Origin: Candidatus Calditenuaceae archaeon | GTDB lineage: Archaea > Thermoproteota > Nitrososphaeria_A > Caldarchaeales > Calditenuaceae | DNA length: 14,886 bases | NCBI GenBank assembly: GCA_025058225.1 | Contig: JANXEE010000022.1 | Location: 1 to 14,886, forward strand | Direction: 5' to 3' | Part shown: in pieces, positions 14,019 through 14,886 of the stretch | Position numbering within the stretch: the stretch's first letter is position 1 | Layout of the letters: each line of letters opens with the position of its first letter | Program-made: the position numbers and the translations under genes | Notes under the pieces: model-generated | Databases searched by the model: none | What the model saw: the letters and a program-made list of their open reading frames with translations, nothing else | What the model was told of the DNA's origin: nothing

Positions 14019-14080
14019 GCCCACTTTCGGCGAAGTTGACTGGCCGAGCCACTTTCGCGGGCCCCTCGGACTTTCGGCCG
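14019..14080. repeat. Three spaced copies of an ACTTTCG-core motif in the intergenic region upstream of the 93-aa ORF/PolB unit
   Basis: The copies are GAGGCCCACTTTCGGCG (core at 14023-14029), GAGCCACTTTCGCGG (core at 14051-14057) and CTCGGACTTTCGGCCG (core at 14070-14076). A degenerate GGACTTCTGAGG lies at 14107-14118. Core spacings are 28 and 19 nt. Confidence 0.4.
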
Positions 14081-14121
14081 ACTCTCCGTGAATTTCAGGC
14101 ACCAAAGGACTTCTGAGGTCG

Positions 14122-14403
14122 ATGGGCAGGACCGTCCCCACCTACAGGCAGAGGCTTCACGAGGAGCTGGAGAGGTGGAGGTGCTTCAGGTCGGCGCTCC
14201 TCAGGGACGAGAGGGAGGACTTCGACCGACTCTTGGACCAGGCCTTCAGGTACGTCCACGCCGGCTCCATGTGCCCCGAGAGGGAACCCTTCGAGGTCCT
14301 GGTGATCTCGCTGCTGCTGGCCCACGAGTCGAGGCTCAGGTCGATCGAGAGGGTGCTGAGAGTCGAGGTGTCCGAGTCCGGAGCGAGGGGACTTGATGGG
14401 TAG
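14122..14403 (+). CDS. Small conserved-looking helical protein (93 aa), function unknown, translationally coupled to the PolB gene
   Basis: MGRTVPTYRQRLHEELERWRCFRSALLRDEREDFDRLLDQAFRYVHAGSMCPEREPFEVLVISLLLAHESRL has balanced, amphipathic-helix composition. The two competing ORFs (14088..14396 plus strand, 14095..14325 minus strand) are G/R/P-rich junk. A weak TATA-like GAATTTCA lies about 29 nt upstream. The stop TAG at 14401-14403 overlaps the next gene's ATG (14396) by 8 nt. Confidence 0.6.
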   Translation: MGRTVPTYRQRLHEELERWRCFRSALLRDEREDFDRLLDQAFRYVHAGSMCPEREPFEVLVISLLLAHESRLRSIERVLRVEVSESGARGLDG

Positions 14404-14886
14404 GCTGCTGGACCTTAACCTCTCTCCCGACGGTGAAGCTGTGGAGCTGTGGGTCAGGACCGATGGGCTCCGTGTCGAGAGGTTCCGAGTGGGCTGGAGG
14501 CCCTCGATTTACGCCGTCGGACCAGAGGAGAGGCTCGAGGAGCTCGAAAGGACGTTCCAGGATGATTCGGAGCTGGTGATGGCCTCTGAGGTGCCGGAGA
14601 AGGAGCCGAGGCCGGCGCTGAAGCTCAGGGTGAGGCCACGGGAGAGGAAGGAGGTGGCCCGGAGGATCGAGTCGGCCTTCGGGAGGGAGGGAGTGAGGCT
14701 CTACAACGTCGACGTCCCGGTCCTTCAGCAGTTCCTATACGAGCGGCGTCTTTTCCCGACGGCGCTGGTGGAGGTCCGCGAAGATCTGGGTGAGCTGAGG
14801 GCCCTTGACTCGAGGGAGGACACCGACTACGACGTCTCGTGGATCAGGGTTGCGGAGCTCGAAGTGTCTGCAGTCCAACGGTTCGA
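14396..14886 (+). CDS. polB: Family B DNA polymerase, N-terminal domain (partial, continues off the right edge)
   Basis: This ORF is not in the supplied track because it is open-ended. My translation from ATG 14396 is MGRLLDLNLSPDGEAVELWVRTDGLRVERFRVGWRPSIYAVGPEERLEELERTF...REGVRLYNVDVPVLQQFLYERRLFPTALVEV...DVSWIRVAELEVSA. It parallels archaeal PolB N-termini (iLDvdY...g.pvi.lf.k..g......d..frPYiYa ... v.i.E.DIpf..RyLiDkgl.P). No stop codon occurs for 163 codons. Confidence 0.65.
   Translation, partial: MGRLLDLNLSPDGEAVELWVRTDGLRVERFRVGWRPSIYAVGPEERLEELERTFQDDSELVMASEVPEKEPRPALKLRVRPRERKEVARRIESAFGREGVRLYNVDVPVLQQFLYERRLFPTALVEVREDLGELRALDSREDTDYDVSWIRVAELEVSAVQRF

Noticed and set aside
14019-14080. 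Replication-origin (ORB-like) interpretation of the CCACTTTCG repeats near the polymerase gene
   Set aside because: It shares only an AGTGG-like core with the crenarchaeal ORB consensus as I remember it. There is no AT-rich unwinding element and no inverted arrangement of the repeats. No cdc6/orc1 gene is in the window.
14088-14396. Alternative ORFs at the 93-aa locus (14088..14396 plus strand, 14095..14325 minus strand)
   Set aside because: Their translations are G/R/P/A-rich and lack secondary-structure periodicity. The 14122 frame gives a balanced helical protein and overlaps the PolB start in a typical coupling arrangement.
1-14886. Mobile elements, CRISPR arrays, tRNA/rRNA genes, and defence or toxin-antitoxin modules
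   Set aside because: - No transposase, integrase or nuclease-like ORF was found, and no terminal inverted repeats.
- There are no regularly spaced direct repeats of 24-40 nt.
- I found no tRNA-like T-arm (GGTTCRAnnCC in a stem context) in the intergenic regions I inspected.
- Apart from AT-rich promoter gaps, composition looks uniform, so there is no sign of a horizontally acquired island.

Overview
GC-rich, densely coding chromosomal segment that reads as archaeal, probably a thermophilic member of the Thermoproteota. Support: A-type ATPase subunits, a long-type FKBP, a family-B DNA polymerase N-terminus, AGG/AGA-rich Arg codon usage, and TATA-like boxes about 26-34 nt upstream of many start codons (leaderless-style). 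All homology calls are by-eye motif recognition on the supplied translations, with no database search.

Gene order:
- amt (minus strand, partial, with an in-frame TGA)
- small C-terminal-HTH protein (minus)
- membrane-anchored thioredoxin-fold oxidoreductase plus VKOR operon (plus)
- FKBP, 659-aa repeat-rich surface protein and MacB/LolD-type ABC ATPase (minus)
- atpH-atpC pair (plus)
- orphan form-II CoxL-like molybdoenzyme subunit (minus)
- NUDT2-like Nudix hydrolase and DUF169 protein (plus)
- Trbp111/CsaA-like tRNA-binding protein (minus)
- a same-strand block of a 580-aa hinge-less SMC-like ATPase, a 250-aa ScpA/kleisin-like protein, a 93-aa ORF and the start of a family-B DNA polymerase (plus)

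I saw no rRNA, tRNA, CRISPR array, transposase or integrase.

Most of the window is housekeeping. The best candidates for something under-described are:
1. The compact SMC-like/kleisin-like pair, whose head motifs look Smc5/6-like.
2. The 93-aa ORF translationally coupled to PolB.
3. The ABC ATPase coupled to a single-pass surface protein with no permease nearby.
4. The clean in-frame TGA at a conserved Gly codon of amt.
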